From positions 79,966-143,965 of the forward strand of contig ADNK01001953.1 in assembly GCA_000320545.1 (NCBI GenBank): DNA of 64,000 nt, read 5' to 3'. The stretch comes from Bigelowiella natans CCMP2755. Its lineage: Eukaryota > Protista > Cercozoa. The notes beneath the pieces are model-generated. The model did not search any database, was not told where the DNA came from, and saw only the letters and a list, made by a program, of their open reading frames with translations. Of the stretch, positions 1 through 13,834 are shown piece by piece (position 1 is the stretch's first letter; each line of letters opens with the position of its first letter). The position numbers were made by a program, and so were the translations under genes.

Positions 1-456
1 CTCTAATATCGTTTAGGAAAAAATCACTTTTGCATGCGTACCTGATGTAATATAATGTCGGGGGCTTTGAAGTTACTTCTTCTTCCCCTCTCCGCTATTC
101 CTCGTCTCCTAGTATGCATAGAATTCAGAGAAGGGCTGCTTTGTCACAAAGAATGATGTCGCTACGATAGTTCATTGAGCAGTGTTGATGTCTTAAGTAG
201 TTGTAATGCACCTCTGCAGATAGGTTTTTGGCCTTCCCATCTCCGAAGCAAAGTTGACGTATTTCCGCTGGGGTTGTTGAACGATGCGTTATGTACTTGA
301 TCTAGAGCTATGAGTAAAGGCGGTGATGATAATGGTGATGATCACGATGATAACCTGGAGTGAACGGCTTCGACCGTAGGGATGTGCGCTGCTAAAGGTC
401 AAGAAGGTCAAAAACAACGATAGCGAGGAGGAGGAGGGACATCGCCACGTCGCCAT
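1..456 (-). CDS. 5' end of an unknown gene running off the left edge; signal-peptide-like N-terminus
   Basis: ATG at 456 in AAAAATGG context, reading MATWRCPSSSSLSLFLTFLTFSSAHPYGRSRSLQ, then a GT donor. Further GT/AG-bounded segments at about 301-212 and 108-41. The downstream frame is not firmly resolved. Confidence 0.4.
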
Positions 457-880
457 TTTTGTGCTTCCGGCCAGGAGCATTGGTTTTGTTGTAAGAAAGA
501 ATTATATTGGACAATTTTTACTCCAACAGATATCTAAAAGAGATACTATTTTGGGAAAAGATCATGCCTCATCTAGACATTCTTTTGAACTTAACATATC
601 TGAAGTACCATGTGGGATTCTACTAATCAAAATCCTAAGAATAAAACTATTTCAACCACGGAATATAATTCACAAATGGTTTTCTTATCGATAAAACATC
701 TAATAAATTAATGTCTGTCAAACGAATAGCCTTAACCGACCGCCTTCTCCAACCATAGCGCCGTGTGCACGTTCACAGGCCTGTGTAATACGATTCCTTG
801 TAGCCATTACTCGTTAGAGTGGTTTTCTCCCTCCCATCGAATAGTTGAGAGAAGATAGTCGAGTCAACTTCGACAATGCA

Positions 881-2579
881 ATGGAGGACCCTCGCCCTTT
901 CTTGGCTTTGACCCGCTCGGGATCCCACTCTTCCTGTCCGCACCGACGCAGTTCCAAGCTTAAAGTGATTGTCACCCTTCTCTTCTTCTTCTTTTGCTGC
1001 TGTTGCTGCTTAAACTGCGTCCGCTACCAGCCGCAGCACGGTGTTCCGCATTCCATTGGGCAACAATATGGGACAGTGCAGGGGAGGGGGCTGAATATCT
1101 TCAATGATGAACGTGCTTCTTCGGACATAACAGGAAGCAGTCGTCGAAGTGGGCTGAGGTGGAGAGGTGAGAGGATGCTTATTTGATGGTGGTTTGGGGC
1201 AAAAAGATGACAATCCATTCTCTGCCCTACTCCTGCTACAGCCGTATCAGGTGCAGCAATGATGGTTTCGATGTTCGGAAAGGGCCTTATCACCCATCGT
1301 CCAGCAAAGGCTGACACGGTATACACGATCAAACCCTTCCTCCTTTCATACCTAACCCATTGATTAATGCCATGGTGGTGACTCAGGAAATCTTATCTGG
1401 AGAAATGGTCTTTGAAGATGAAATTGATACTTTGGCAGTGGAACGATTGAGGCGCCTCTCTCTTGCCAAATCGGCGCGGAAGGTCGCATTGACAAAGCGC
1501 ACATAGTTAATGAACATACATATGGTGTTTCTTGAATCAACATCTGACATGAAAGCTGCTGCATGAATTTGATTATAGATGCAACAAGATGGAGCCTTTA
1601 GGTTCACGAACTCATCCGTTGATAAAGTCGTTAACCAAACTTCCATGAGGACAATTGATGAGTGGAAGGATATCGGTAATCCTATCACAAAAAGAGGGGA
1701 GAGGGGGGGAAGGGGGGTAGCAGACTAATTTCCCCAAAATTCCGGCAATTCAACCTGATTTTTTTTTTTTTTTTTATTATTTTAATTATAATTCTTATTA
1801 ACATCATTATTGGGTGAAAGGTACTAGTGATGCAGTACTTTAGCTTCCTACTTGCGTGTGTCTATATTGTTTGTTCGCACAGCGGAGAAGGCTAACAACC
1901 CAGAGGCAATGTATAACCTAGGCTTGTGCTACTACTCAGGAGCCGGTATTTGAAATATGAATATGTAAGATTAATGAATATCTTAATAAATATTTTCTTT
2001 CAACTATTGAGTGCTCTCTAGCAGCGTGCTATCACAGTGTTATTATTCTATCTAATGATGTTATCATCCCCATTGCTGATCTCAACAAACAACATCGTCA
2101 TCATCACCGTTATCACCATCATCGTTGTCACGAATAGGCGTGGCGAAGAACTACGAGACGGCTATTCACTGGTTTACCTTGGCAGCGGAGCAAGGATTTC
2201 CTGAGGCAAAACACAATCTTGCCGTATGCTACCAGTAATACCAACGATGAGAGATTGATAGTGATGCAGCAGCAATGTGCAAGAGGAGGATGGTGTAGTT
2301 AGTTACTGTACTGTGCGTATTTTTGTTGGTTGTTTCACTGCTCCCAAAAGCACCTACGTGATGCCTACCCTCATTGCGCACTCTTCATTGTGTGAGTGCA
2401 AGTGCTATCTGTTTGTTCCTCCTCCTCCTCCTCCTCCTCCTCCTCCTCCTCCTCTCAGATTAGGGAGAGGTGTGATTCGGGACCAGGCGACTGCTAAAGA
2501 GTACTATTTGGAAGCTGCGACAGCAAACGTGTCGCAAGCTATGAACAATCTGGGGATTATGTACAAGAAAGGGGTAGTT

Positions 2580-2610
<31 letters not shown>

Positions 2611-3867
2611 CAGTAGTAGCAGTAGTGTAGGATGATGGTTACTTATATCATTATTATCATTTATGTTGTTGTTGTTCTTATGCTTTCTTTGGAACTTGCA
2701 GTAGTGGTGGTAGTGCTTTAAACTGAAAATCTCTTCCTCTCCTCCCCCTCCTTCTCCTCCTCCTAATCCTCCTGGTCTTCAAACCCATCATATTGATACC
2801 TAGATTGGGGGCGATCAGAACTATACAGCAGCTTTTGAATGGTTTTTACGGGCTTCGAACAAGGGCGATTCCGATGCAATGTGTGTGAATCTGAACAACA
2901 CAAGCAACACACCGCAACCGACTACGACAATAACAACGAGGCCATTTTAAATAACGGCTATCATCACAATATTCCGTTTGAATTCTTTATGCAAAATGCT
3001 GTCCTCTCTGTCCCCTTCCTTGTCGCTGTGTTTTGCCGAAGGTATAATGTAGCTACCGCGTATTACTCGGGTAACGGAACGAAGAAGAACGTCAAGGAGG
3101 CCATGTTATGGCTTGAAGCTTGTGCTTTGGAGCACGGCAGATCAAAGCCTAAAGCGGCATTCATGTTAGGCAATATGTATGCGACAGGCGAGGTGAGAGT
3201 GGTAAAGAATGGGGTGAAGAGAGGGAAGGAAGAGGAGAATAAAAGAACAGGAATCTGTGTAGCTGAAAGTAATACAATATACCTAATGATTAATATTTGT
3301 TGGTTCTTATATTGTCTTTGGTTGCTTGAAAAGGTTTCGAAAGGCGGATCTAGAAAAGAGGATATCAAGGAGTCTTTGCATTGGTTGATTCTTATGCTTT
3401 TTACCAACTAGCAGCAAATAGTATTGATGTCGTTGATGACATCGATGTGTGATACGTTAATGAAAGTAAAGTGTTTTCGGGAGGAGTAAGGAGGGATATG
3501 AAAGATGATGATTATGGTCATTACTAGGTATCGTGCGTCTGCAGACGAAGGCTATGGACCCTCAGCGCTACAAGTCGGAAAGCTGCTCGCAAGTGAGGAG
3601 GAGGAGAGGGTTGCCATGATGCTAAAGAACAACAATGTGGAATCATCACCCTCCAATCACTATCAGTATCATAGTAAAAAGAATTTGGAGGTATTGCAGC
3701 AGGCGAAGAAGTACCTAAAAATAGCTGCAGAGAAAGGTTTGGCTGAGGCGTGGACGATTCTTGGATTTTTCCACTACCGTGGAACAGTTACCAATGTTAC
3801 CAATCCTAAGGAGGCATTTCAGTGCTTTAAAATGGCGGCAAAGTAATAGTCATTTACTTATACATTC

Positions 3868-3911
<44 letters not shown>

Positions 3912-4574
3912 GTTGATTAGACGTAGATGGTGGTGGGATCATCCCTACCCATCATGAAAAAAAGAACAACAACAACGACAATAACAATAACAATCCCTCC
4001 TCTGTTCAGCATAATGTGGATCTCCGAGCGTCACATCGTCGCCATTATTTTCAATCAATTAATCAATCAATCAGTCGTCCTCTAAATACCAGGCTAGGTG
4101 ATAGTAAAGGATGGGCAATGGCTGCTACGTGTTATGAGAACGGTGAAGGCACTGACCAAGATTATGACGCAGCTATCGAATGGCATGAAAAGGCGGCAAG
4201 AGTAAGAACAACACGCGTAGTGGCGTTGTGCGGTGGAGAACAATAACATTCAATGAAGATTGACTCATCATCGATGAGGCTACTGATAAGAGAGGGGCAA
4301 GATTCAGATGATAATAATGAAGAAGAAGATAGTGCTGATTATTTATTATTATGCGACTTTGATCGTTGTCATATAATATTAGGCTGGATGGGCGATATCG
4401 ATGAATGCTTTAGGGTATTTGTGGTTGTAGTAATAGTGGTAGTGGTGGTAGTGGTGGTGGTAGTAGTAGAAGAAGAAGAAGAGGAGGAGGAGGAGGAGGA
4501 GGAGGAGGAGGAGGGGAAACAGGAGGAGAAGGGATAAGTGGAGACTTGTTGCTTAGACTAGACAATTTGTAAGC

Positions 4575-4657
<83 letters not shown>

Positions 4658-5399
4658 CAGGAGCATATATTTCCATGGTAAAAATGGAGATCAAGACCAC
4701 GAAGAAGCTCTTAATGTCAGAACTTACTTGCACACCTATTCAGACCTATAATTGTCAAATCACACGAGGATGACAATAATGGAAAATGGATAATGAGGAT
4801 GATGATGAATATGCACAACAAGCTGTGTTTGTTCATCCTGCGCTATATTCGCATCAATCTGTAAAAGAATCTTGACCCTTCATCTTGTTATAGTGGTACG
4901 AGAGAGCGGCGAACCATGGTGACGCAGACGCCCAGTAAGAGCAACTTCTACGAGCTTTGCTATGATTATTGAGACAAACCCACATTTTTAGTATCATTGT
5001 CTTATTCCCACCCATAACATTAAGATCCCTTGCGGCGACACGTGTTCTCGCCATTTTTGTAGGGTGCAAGTAGCGCTAATGAAGATGTACGGACAAGGGT
5101 GTGAAAGCAATCTGATCGAAGCAAGGGAATGGCTCATGAAGGTTATAGAAAGAGCTGTTAGAAGTTGTATTTTAGGCGGTAAATAAAGCAGTGATAGTGC
5201 TGCGAAAAATTGCTGGTATGGCTGTTATGGCTGTTATGGCTGTTGTTGTTGTGGGGAGCAAACTATTATTTGGGATAATGGGGAACAATTAAAACATGTA
5301 TTAAGTCCAACCATACCTTATCTCTCTCTAATTTAGGCCCGAAATCAGGGGAGCGACTCAGCTGTGAAAATTCTGCGTAGTGTGTTCAAAACGGAGTGA
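881..5399 (+). CDS. Sel1-repeat (SLR/TPR-like) protein, ~15 exons, with a hydrophobic N-terminal signal/anchor
   Basis: Spliced GT-AG exons give repeated Sel1 motifs: AEKANNPEAMYNLGLCYYSGAGVAKNYETAIHWFTLAAEQGFPEAKHNLAVCYQLGRGVIRDQATAKEYYLEAATANVSQAMNNLGIMYKKG, then GDSDAMYNVATAYYSGNGTKKNVKEAMLW and GDSKGWAMAATCYENGEGTDQDYDAAIEWHEKAA. Ends ARNQGSDSAVKILRSVFKTE* at 5399. Confidence 0.9.
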
Positions 5400-5467
5400 T
5401 TTATGCTGGTAGCTTACTCAGACTCTATATCATTAGCATATTGATGTCGAATTCTTTATTAATATTG

Positions 5468-5571
5468 CATACTGAAGTAATATAAGATTCGTGAACTTCT
5501 CGAGAGTGCTTGCTTGAACCATACTGAAGTAATATAAGATTCGTGAACTTCTCGAGAGTGCTTGCTTGAAC
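5468..5571. repeat. Exact 52-bp tandem duplication just 3' of the Sel1 gene
   Basis: catactgaagtaatataagattcgtgaacttctcgagagtgcttgcttgaac occurs at 5468 and again at 5520. Confidence 0.95.
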
Positions 5572-6188
5572 CAGCATCTTCGCTGTACTGCGGCACATAG
5601 CAATTGATTAAACACATATACCATGTGGAGCTTCTAGCGTAATGATCGGAACCTAAGGAATCAGGCCAAATCTAAGGAATCAGGCCGATATGTATATGCG
5701 ATGGGTCATGCCCTTCATCAGCCACACGTGAGCAGCGCAATGTGATTCACGTCTACCAGCTAGATGCACGTATTTCATCTCTGCGCCTGAGTAGCATTGG
5801 CTACTTACCGTATGTCCACAACGTCATTTAGATGTGAATATTAGGTCACACGAAAAGTTGTTGCTCGAAATGCGTACGCGCAGCTAGCACGGGCCAAAAA
5901 CTACATACATGGATCAAATACCGCTGCATTTGCATGAATGTGTTCATGTGCAAAGCACACAACGTAGCTGCATTAAATATTTACATTTAATTGTAGCCAC
6001 TTTGCTTGGAGCACATGCATAGTCTCATCATGACTAGAAATGTTTCTCGGAATCGGAGCATTTGCTGATCACATGAAATAACGCAATCTTCCGTTCAGAG
6101 CGAAGGATGCACGTCGATTTTATCAGTCTCTTAGAGTTACATGAGGGCGAAAAGTAGGATCCGCGATTGAGAACATACAGAGCATTGT

Positions 6189-7103
6189 CTAGATGAGAAT
6201 TTCCTTCTTTCTTCCTCGTATATTTCGAAGATCTTCATCATAAGAATAGTAACAACGGTACCTCCTCTTCATCATTTCCTCCTCTCTTATTCCAGAGTTT
6301 GTTTCGAAGAGAAGGCCGCCAAAGCTCGATTTGCCGAAAGAAATATTTGATTTAGTTAAATTTGTCTCGTTGAGCTGAAATGCCTGCAGTTCCTTGTCTG
6401 TTTCTTCAGGAATAACTTCAAGAAGTCGGGACCATGAGCTGGATCTTTTAAAGGTAGTAATTGTTGATTGGCAACGATTGTTGCCTTTGTTGCTTACTGA
6501 CATACTTGGTGTAGCTGTGTTATTGTCTTCCTGGGAGAAGAAGTCTATAAATTTTGCCTGTTTTTTTCCCTTTTCTTTAGCAGTGGAACTTGAGAGTAGA
6601 AGCTGTGAAAACGGGCAGTTGTAACTTTTACCATTCTTCTCCTTTTTAACTTTCTTTTTCTTAGAATGTATCTTTTTTAGCTTGGCTGTTAGAGAAGAGT
6701 CGCTGAAACGTGCAGGACAAGAGGTCTCGGTAAATGACGGTGAACAAAAATCCAGTAAAACTGTGCGCTTCTTCGGATTTTGTCCTCTCTTCTGTTTACA
6801 TGTCTTTCCTTTAGTTGCTGATGATATGTTGTTGATGCTCGATAAGGAGGACCTGGGGGTAGAATTAGCCCGAGTTGAGCTGGGTGTGTTATTCGATCTA
6901 TTAGGATCGTTCTCGTCGGAGCCCGTATCCGTCATGCATTGAAACCACCCCATACGCAGAGCGTCCAAGCTAGATATCACTATGGATATACATTTTGTGA
7001 GCAAATCTTTGGCATCAATGGAATCTAATCGTACACTATCATCAGCTACTGTTGTTAAGTTTTGGTTTCCTCTCCCTCCTCCTCCGCCTTGACTACTACT
7101 CAT
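6189..7103 (-). CDS. Intronless hypothetical Ser/Lys-rich protein (~304 aa from the first ATG)
   Basis: Long uninterrupted ORF. The track's start at 7262 is a TTG; the first ATG is at 7103 (MSSSQGGGG). No recognisable domain. Confidence 0.65.
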   Translation of the reverse strand: MSSSQGGGGGRGNQNLTTVADDSVRLDSIDAKDLLTKCISIVISSLDALRMGWFQCMTDTGSDENDPNRSNNTPSSTRANSTPRSSLSSINNISSATKGKTCKQKRGQNPKKRTVLLDFCSPSFTETSCPARFSDSSLTAKLKKIHSKKKKVKKEKNGKSYNCPFSQLLLSSSTAKEKGKKQAKFIDFFSQEDNNTATPSMSVSNKGNNRCQSTITTFKRSSSWSRLLEVIPEETDKELQAFQLNETNLTKSNISFGKSSFGGLLFETNSGIREEEMMKRRYRCYYSYDEDLRNIRGRKKEILI

Positions 7104-9285
7104 GGCAACAAGTCTGGGGATTTGCTGTGAGGGATCAAGCAGAAGCAAAAGAAGTCGTAAAAGAAAAGCACAAGCGGCAAAAAAAAAAGAAAGTAGCAAG
7201 GCAATAAATAACGATGCGACATCGTATGAAAAAAGTCGCAAGGACTCAATCGCCTGGCTCAATGAGAAATCCTGGAAATGTGCGAGTTCCTACTTGTAGA
7301 TCAGAACACGCATGTGATGATGGCACAACGGGCAACACAACGGGCAACACACCATCACAGTCGAGTCGCACAATATGCTTCCAAAAAAAATAAAGTAATC
7401 CCGTTATTCTTTCAAAATCGGTGTTTCCACCTGATCTCAGGGAACTCCGGGAAGTCTCTGCGACAGCGATTGATTTAACGAGATGCGACATGGAAAATTC
7501 GGTGTAAAACTGGAAAAAAGGCGAATATCCAGATTACAAGCGCTATCATTCCGCCACCCTCGCACTCGAGGTCATCATGTTGTTTTTGGACGACCACGTT
7601 CGTTTCATCCTGATGTGAGAGTGGGGCTGCTATTAAGGGAGCGATATCTATGATGAACACCAAAATATCTGTCAATCCACTGAAAAAGAATGACGACGAA
7701 CAACTAATCTTCTCTCTGACGATCAACTCGCTGAAAGCGCATGCCCCACACTGTACATCACATGGAGTTTAAGTGGAATAACAGTGTATTGAAAAGCATA
7801 TACATTAGTGATATAAAATACGTACCTGGTTTTATGATATTAGGATTCTTGGTGGGCATGCTTGAATCAGTTTAAGGTAGTTGATCATTCATGATCCCGT
7901 AAGAAAGCATTAGCATGCTAGCAAAGCAACACTCAGGCATCAGCTACTTCGCTGTTGGTGCCTATTTTCAACTTTGCAAAAACAAATCAAGGATAATCAT
8001 ACGATTCTCTATCTAGAGCGTCGTTTCCATGCCTTGGTATATCATCATCATCATCATCATTACATTATACTAAAAGAAGCTGCATTCTATATCAACACTG
8101 CCCGCTCTTTCCATGGGTTGGAGTTTTCATGCGGATGCTATAAGAAAGATCCACTGATAACATTATACCGCTTATGTGATCTCTCGGAAGTTGAGCAGTT
8201 ATACTGCTGGGCAGCTGGGTGTGCTTTGTGAGTATTTCTTCCTGCGGGGTTTTCCTGCTTGTCGAAACTCCTCAGCACCCCAATGCTGAAAGATCATGGA
8301 TGATGTGTCAGATAAAACCAAAGTTTTCTTTTTTTTTATTTCAATGAACACGCATAATGCAAACATGCTTATGTATCTCTATCGAGAGGAGAGTGAGTTA
8401 CATGTGCAACGATGCGTGCCTACTACCCGAGAGCATGCCAGCAGTTTCGGCTATCACGCATGATCGCTTTCTCCGTGCAAACATGGGTTTAATTCCGAAA
8501 CAAGAAAGACAGATTCGTTTTCCATCCTTTTCGCCCCGGTAGTGAGCAAAAAGGCCACATACGATATACATCTTTAATAGGTGGAGTATGCGCCGGTGGA
8601 TTCTCTGGAACGTCTTTTTCAGCGACAATGAAAAATACTGAAACATGAGATCAGCTGCTGTTTGCTGAAGAAACGAAAATGAATTTCGGACTTACCCGTG
8701 AGAATTTATTAAAGTTAATGAAAAACATTGAAAATTGATTTCCGAAGTAACATGTATACAAAAAATCTGATGAATCTGTTGCGCCCATGTTCAGATATAA
8801 GTGACAATGTGTGAAAAACTTGCTGCCATAGCGCGACAACACTTGCCATGTATGTCTAGATTTGTGTTTACATTTCTAGATGTACATGTATGAACATATC
8901 TAGATGTGTATGTGTATATATATGTATGTGTGTATGTGCGCACGATGCACACATGTAGTCCACAGTGGATGTGTCAAGTCATTGTGTCATTGTCTAAACA
9001 AGTACGTATGCACTCATGATGAGCACATCTAGACATGCTAGCATGTCTAGCTGCCATGAGCAGGCTAGCAGGCAGTTGCACGTACAGCTAGATATAGTAT
9101 AGCCGTACGTGCGTCGACAAAACCTTGCACATGCATGCACATTGGTGCTCATCAATCATTGCCATGAAGCTGGGGGTGTATGCATGGGTGCATGTTTTGT
9201 TCATACACACGTGTGAGATGAGCGCGCAAACATACAACATGATAGCCATGCATGCGGAAGCATGCATCAAACACATCACAGCGGA

Positions 9286-9414
9286 GACAAACAGATGACA
9301 CATATCTATCAGCGCTGCAGCCGCTGCCTTGTACAGCTGTGCACATCAGGATCGATGACGTTCCATTGAAAAGATTTAATAAATTCATTGCATCCATCTC
9401 ATGTGAGCGCGTGC
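9286..9414 (+). repeat. Copy C of the dispersed ~110-bp AGCGCTGTAGCCGC...CATTACATCCG repeat family (TpA-eroded copy)
   Basis: agcgctgcagccgctgcc...acatcaggatcgatgac...attgaaaa...ttcattgcatccatctc aligns by eye with 50441-50545. Confidence 0.75.
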
Positions 9415-9652
9415 ACTGTGCGTTGTTGTAACTACTAGTGCGATGCATGCAAAATGCAAAGACATGTCGACCGCACGTACAAGAGTAATGCCTGTACGAC
9501 AAGCGTACGTGACGCATGCATAATGTCTAAATGTGGCCTGATCTAGTGATGACGAATTAACATGTTCATTCGCATCGATACCGATCAATGTGTGCAAGTA
9601 GTGTAGGTTAGGAACTTGATTTGACATGATAATATGTTGTCATTACGCCAGG

Positions 9653-9697
<45 letters not shown>

Positions 9698-9796
9698 TAA
9701 AATATATATGCAGGCATTTACACTACACGCTATGTCAACTGAAGATTATGCACAGGGTTACACTTGTGTGTGCCTTTGAAACCATCAGTTTTGGCG

Positions 9797-10683
9797 TCAT
9801 CGTGCTTCTTTTGAATGAGGCTGAGCGCTCTTAGATCCAACTCTTATCCTGTTTAGTAATAGTAGAGTAGTAGTAGTAGTAGTAGTAGTATATAATAATG
9901 AGATAGAATACATGATATATAGTTGCAAGTCGGTTAAGAAGCAATGTTGTACTTTTGATGTGATTGCGGCGGGAAGTAAGGGATCAGTTGTTGCAAGTTG
10001 TGTGATCGACTCGAGAAATACCGTTTCCGTTTGTGCTTCACTGGTGTTCTCCCACGCACCAAATTAGACGCATCGTTATGGAGTTTGTTTTGGTCCTGTG
10101 TTTCCTTCTTAATCTCGTCCTCAAACTGATGACGATAGCAACCAGCATGGCATGGTCAATAGTATATTATCTTAAATGTTGAAGTCACCGACATTTGTTC
10201 CTTGTTATTTCTATCTAATACTTACGCACTGCATCTTACCAACTAGTATTTGTTTATTTTCTCTAGTGTTGTTGTATACCTGTTCTTGTGCTTCATTTTG
10301 CATTTCTAGATCTTTGGCCTTTGATAAATGAATGATCGTTTGCTTTACCGTATATTGTTATTGTTTTTCACGTATTGTGTGTGTAGGTAGTTTAACTCGG
10401 TCAAACTGGCGTGTCTTCCTCCTCCTCCTCCTCCTCGCATCATATTGTGTTGTCGAATGAATACATGCATGCATGCATCTATCCACCAAAATATACTACT
10501 CAAGCATATGTGTGGTAGTAGCTTACATCACGGAAAGACTTAAGTCGACTCTCCACTTTCAGCGGATTCTGTGCACATACATATATGAGTACATAAACGA
10601 TGATGAAGAAGAAGAAGAGGAGGAGGAGACTATACTACTGGACGACGACAAATGGGTGCTGCTGATGAAATGAATATTATATA

Positions 10684-10724
<41 letters not shown>

Positions 10725-11279
10725 GCATGCCAGCACACATCTGCAAGCACATGCAGACTATAAACCGACCTCTATCACATCAGCAGGAACCAGGACCTTA
10801 TCACCATGCTTCTTTATCTGCTTGATGATTGATGATTAATGGGTGATAAATTTTGTGATGAGAAGAGAGATACTCAGTAAATTAGCAATTTAAAATAATA
10901 TTCTCCACATTATTTGCACCGTCGTAGGAATGATGAGATTCTCACGTAAGAATAGGAAGAAGAAGCATAGTCAACAAACAGCAGCAGCAGGAGCAATAAC
11001 AACAACAACCTGTTCTTTGATCCAATCGTCGAGCTCTTCCCTCACATGGCCCTTTTTCTTGCGAAGATAACAACAAACACCATAGAATAGGTCAGAGAGA
11101 AGTGAGATTATGGTAAAGAGAGAATAATAAATTTTAAGTAATAATAATAAATAAGGAGGGGGAGGAGGAAGAGAAATGTAGCACATACGAAAGATGATGA
11201 TGATTACCAAAACGCCATCAGGCAAGTCTTCACGACGCATCCAATCAAAGTCAGAATCGACCCCGTATGGCTATTATCG

Positions 11280-11314
<35 letters not shown>

Positions 11315-12768
11315 GTTATGGTGATAATAATCATGGTGATTCCAATCATGATTATGTGTTGTGTTGTGCATTTTGTATAATTAATATGGCTTGCAACGGT
11401 TAAAGGAGAAGTAGGAGCAGGTCATAGACGGCATCCATTTACATGTAGTAGTAGACAATAGCGATCATGTTAACCATACGCTGTTATCACTGATATGCCC
11501 TTTTGCTATATCCACAAAACAAGAAGGCTGCTATTATCCATAGTCTCGATTTAGTGACAATATTACGTACAATGTCTTCTCCTGGCGTGAGGAGATCGGA
11601 TGGGATGTTTGAGGGCATTTCGTCACAAATGAGAGACTAATGATGATTATGATTATGATGATTATGATGATGATGATTATGATGATGATGATGATGATGA
11701 TGATGATAAGAAACAGCATTCCAGTTGAGAACCATAAATTCTTGTAATATCTCCAATTGTCTACGAATAAATACAACCTTCACTAGTTCCAATACTGCTT
11801 GCCGTTACAACCATTACTACAACAACAACTACTACTACTACTACTACTACTACTGCTACTACTACTGCTACTACTATTCTACCCCCGTTGAAATGTCCGT
11901 CTCAAACTGCGAGAAGAAGAAGAAGAAGAAGGAGGAGGAGGAAGAAAACAACAACCATGAGGAGGAGGAGGAGGAGGAGGAGGAGGAGGAGGATATGTGA
12001 AACAAGTTGTTCAAAATATGATGCCTTAGCAAGATCCGCGAATAAATATTCGTACTACTGCTCAAATTGCAGAAACGTCCGGTTATCATATCACATTTAT
12101 GAATAATAAAATATAATATATATATATATATATATATATTGATTCTTCGTTATTATTTCTTCACCTTCACATCCACAAATGGCGGCGATTTTTCTCTTTC
12201 TTCTTTGCTATCGTTATTATTATTGTTATTGTTGTTGTTGTTGTTGTTATGTCCTCCGCCACCGGCAACAATATCCTCTGGGTTTCGAGGAGGAGGAAGT
12301 TTTACTACATAGAACCACAAAAGTCACTTAGTATGGACGAAGAGAAGAAGTTGGATTTGCATCATCTATCTCAAACACATGCATCACACACACACACACA
12401 CACATTCACGGTAACTTCACATCCTCCTCGTTATTCTCATCCTCTAGCTCTTCATGTTATCATCATCACCACCACAATCATCCATCATATATCCATCTTT
12501 CTCATTTTCACATAACCTATGGTTGCCTTCTTTTTATTATCACGATCATCATAATCATGCTTATCATCATCGTCATCATCATCATGATCATCATGATCAT
12601 CGTCATCACCCACCAAGAGTCATGTTCTTCCCTTCAACTTCCGCAATCAAATTCTGTAAACGATAATAATAAGATAGCTTATAACAACAACACAAAGGGT
12701 ATCTCTACGATGTACGCTATCTTTGACTGACGTGGAGTCGTCTCTCTCTCTCTCTCCCTCTCTCTCTC

Positions 12769-12803
<35 letters not shown>

Positions 12804-13121
12804 AATATACTAATATTAAACGGCATCATGTTGTATGCACTATTCATATCGTCGATTGAGTGACACTTAGAGCTTATTGTAGTAGTAGTAATACCTCTGG
12901 CTTTATCTTGAGGACATAAAACAGCAGCTTAACTGGATAGCGACCCTCACTGTACTCACCCCAGATTTCACCTGCGGCGGTTATTTATATTTTTATTAGA
13001 CTTGGTAATTGATTGCACTAATGTGGTGAAACATGATGATGATGATAATAATGCCCGGCTGAATAATTTATCTAATCACACACACACACACACACACACA
13101 CACCAAAACAGAAAATGGAGG

Positions 13122-13156
<35 letters not shown>

Positions 13157-13521
13157 AGAGAAAGATAAACAGCTTATCCCACGCACTTCTTGATGTAGTA
13201 CCTTGATTTTTATTGAATTCTGGGTACTTTTGTAGGTTGTGGATTGTGACTTTTGTACCAACAGGAACCTGTGTGCGTAAATAGCAGCAGCAGTAGTAAT
13301 AGTAGTAGTAGAAAGGGATATCATTGAAGGACAAAAGATAACAAAGGAGTCGTAGTAATAGTAGTAGTATAATCGGATGTTTACAGATCTTTATCAGTAT
13401 GCGACTACAAGGAGTACAAGCTGATGCTGCTTAAAGCTAGTCACACTACTACAATATGTGAGGAGTGGTGAAAGAATACAGAAGATATACTGGGGATAGA
13501 AAGGTATTTCAATCATCGCTT

Positions 13522-13553
<32 letters not shown>

Positions 13554-13798
13554 TATCATTATGACATCAAAATATCATCTTGAACGAGAACTCAAGATCA
13601 CCTGAATAACGTCCTCATCATTATACGTGGTACTATTTGGTGTCCTTTTATTTGTCTGATTGGCTGCTGATGTCGCATGTTTATCAAGAACAACACTGCT
13701 GCTGCTGCTGCCTTGTATAGTATGGCTGTTAGAGGATTCCATTGCCATCTTGCTGTCCTTCTTCTTTTGGGGTGCTTGTCTGCTAAATTTGGCCCCAC

Positions 13799-13834
<36 letters not shown>

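Noticed and set aside
7300-8650. Possible small plus-strand gene between the orphan ORF and the repeat zone
   Set aside because: Only short ORFs, no consistent splice chain and no recognisable motif.
8961-8976. CACAGTGGAT(G/A)TGTCA, shared with ~43730 and resembling a Transib/RSS heptamer end
   Set aside because: Only 16 bp, with no matching inverted partner, nonamer or TSD found.
10041-10059. Possible 19-nt GT-AG mini-intron (nucleomorph-like size) on the minus strand
   Set aside because: Removing it gives an immediate stop in one tested frame, and nothing independently supports it; all well-supported introns here are much longer.
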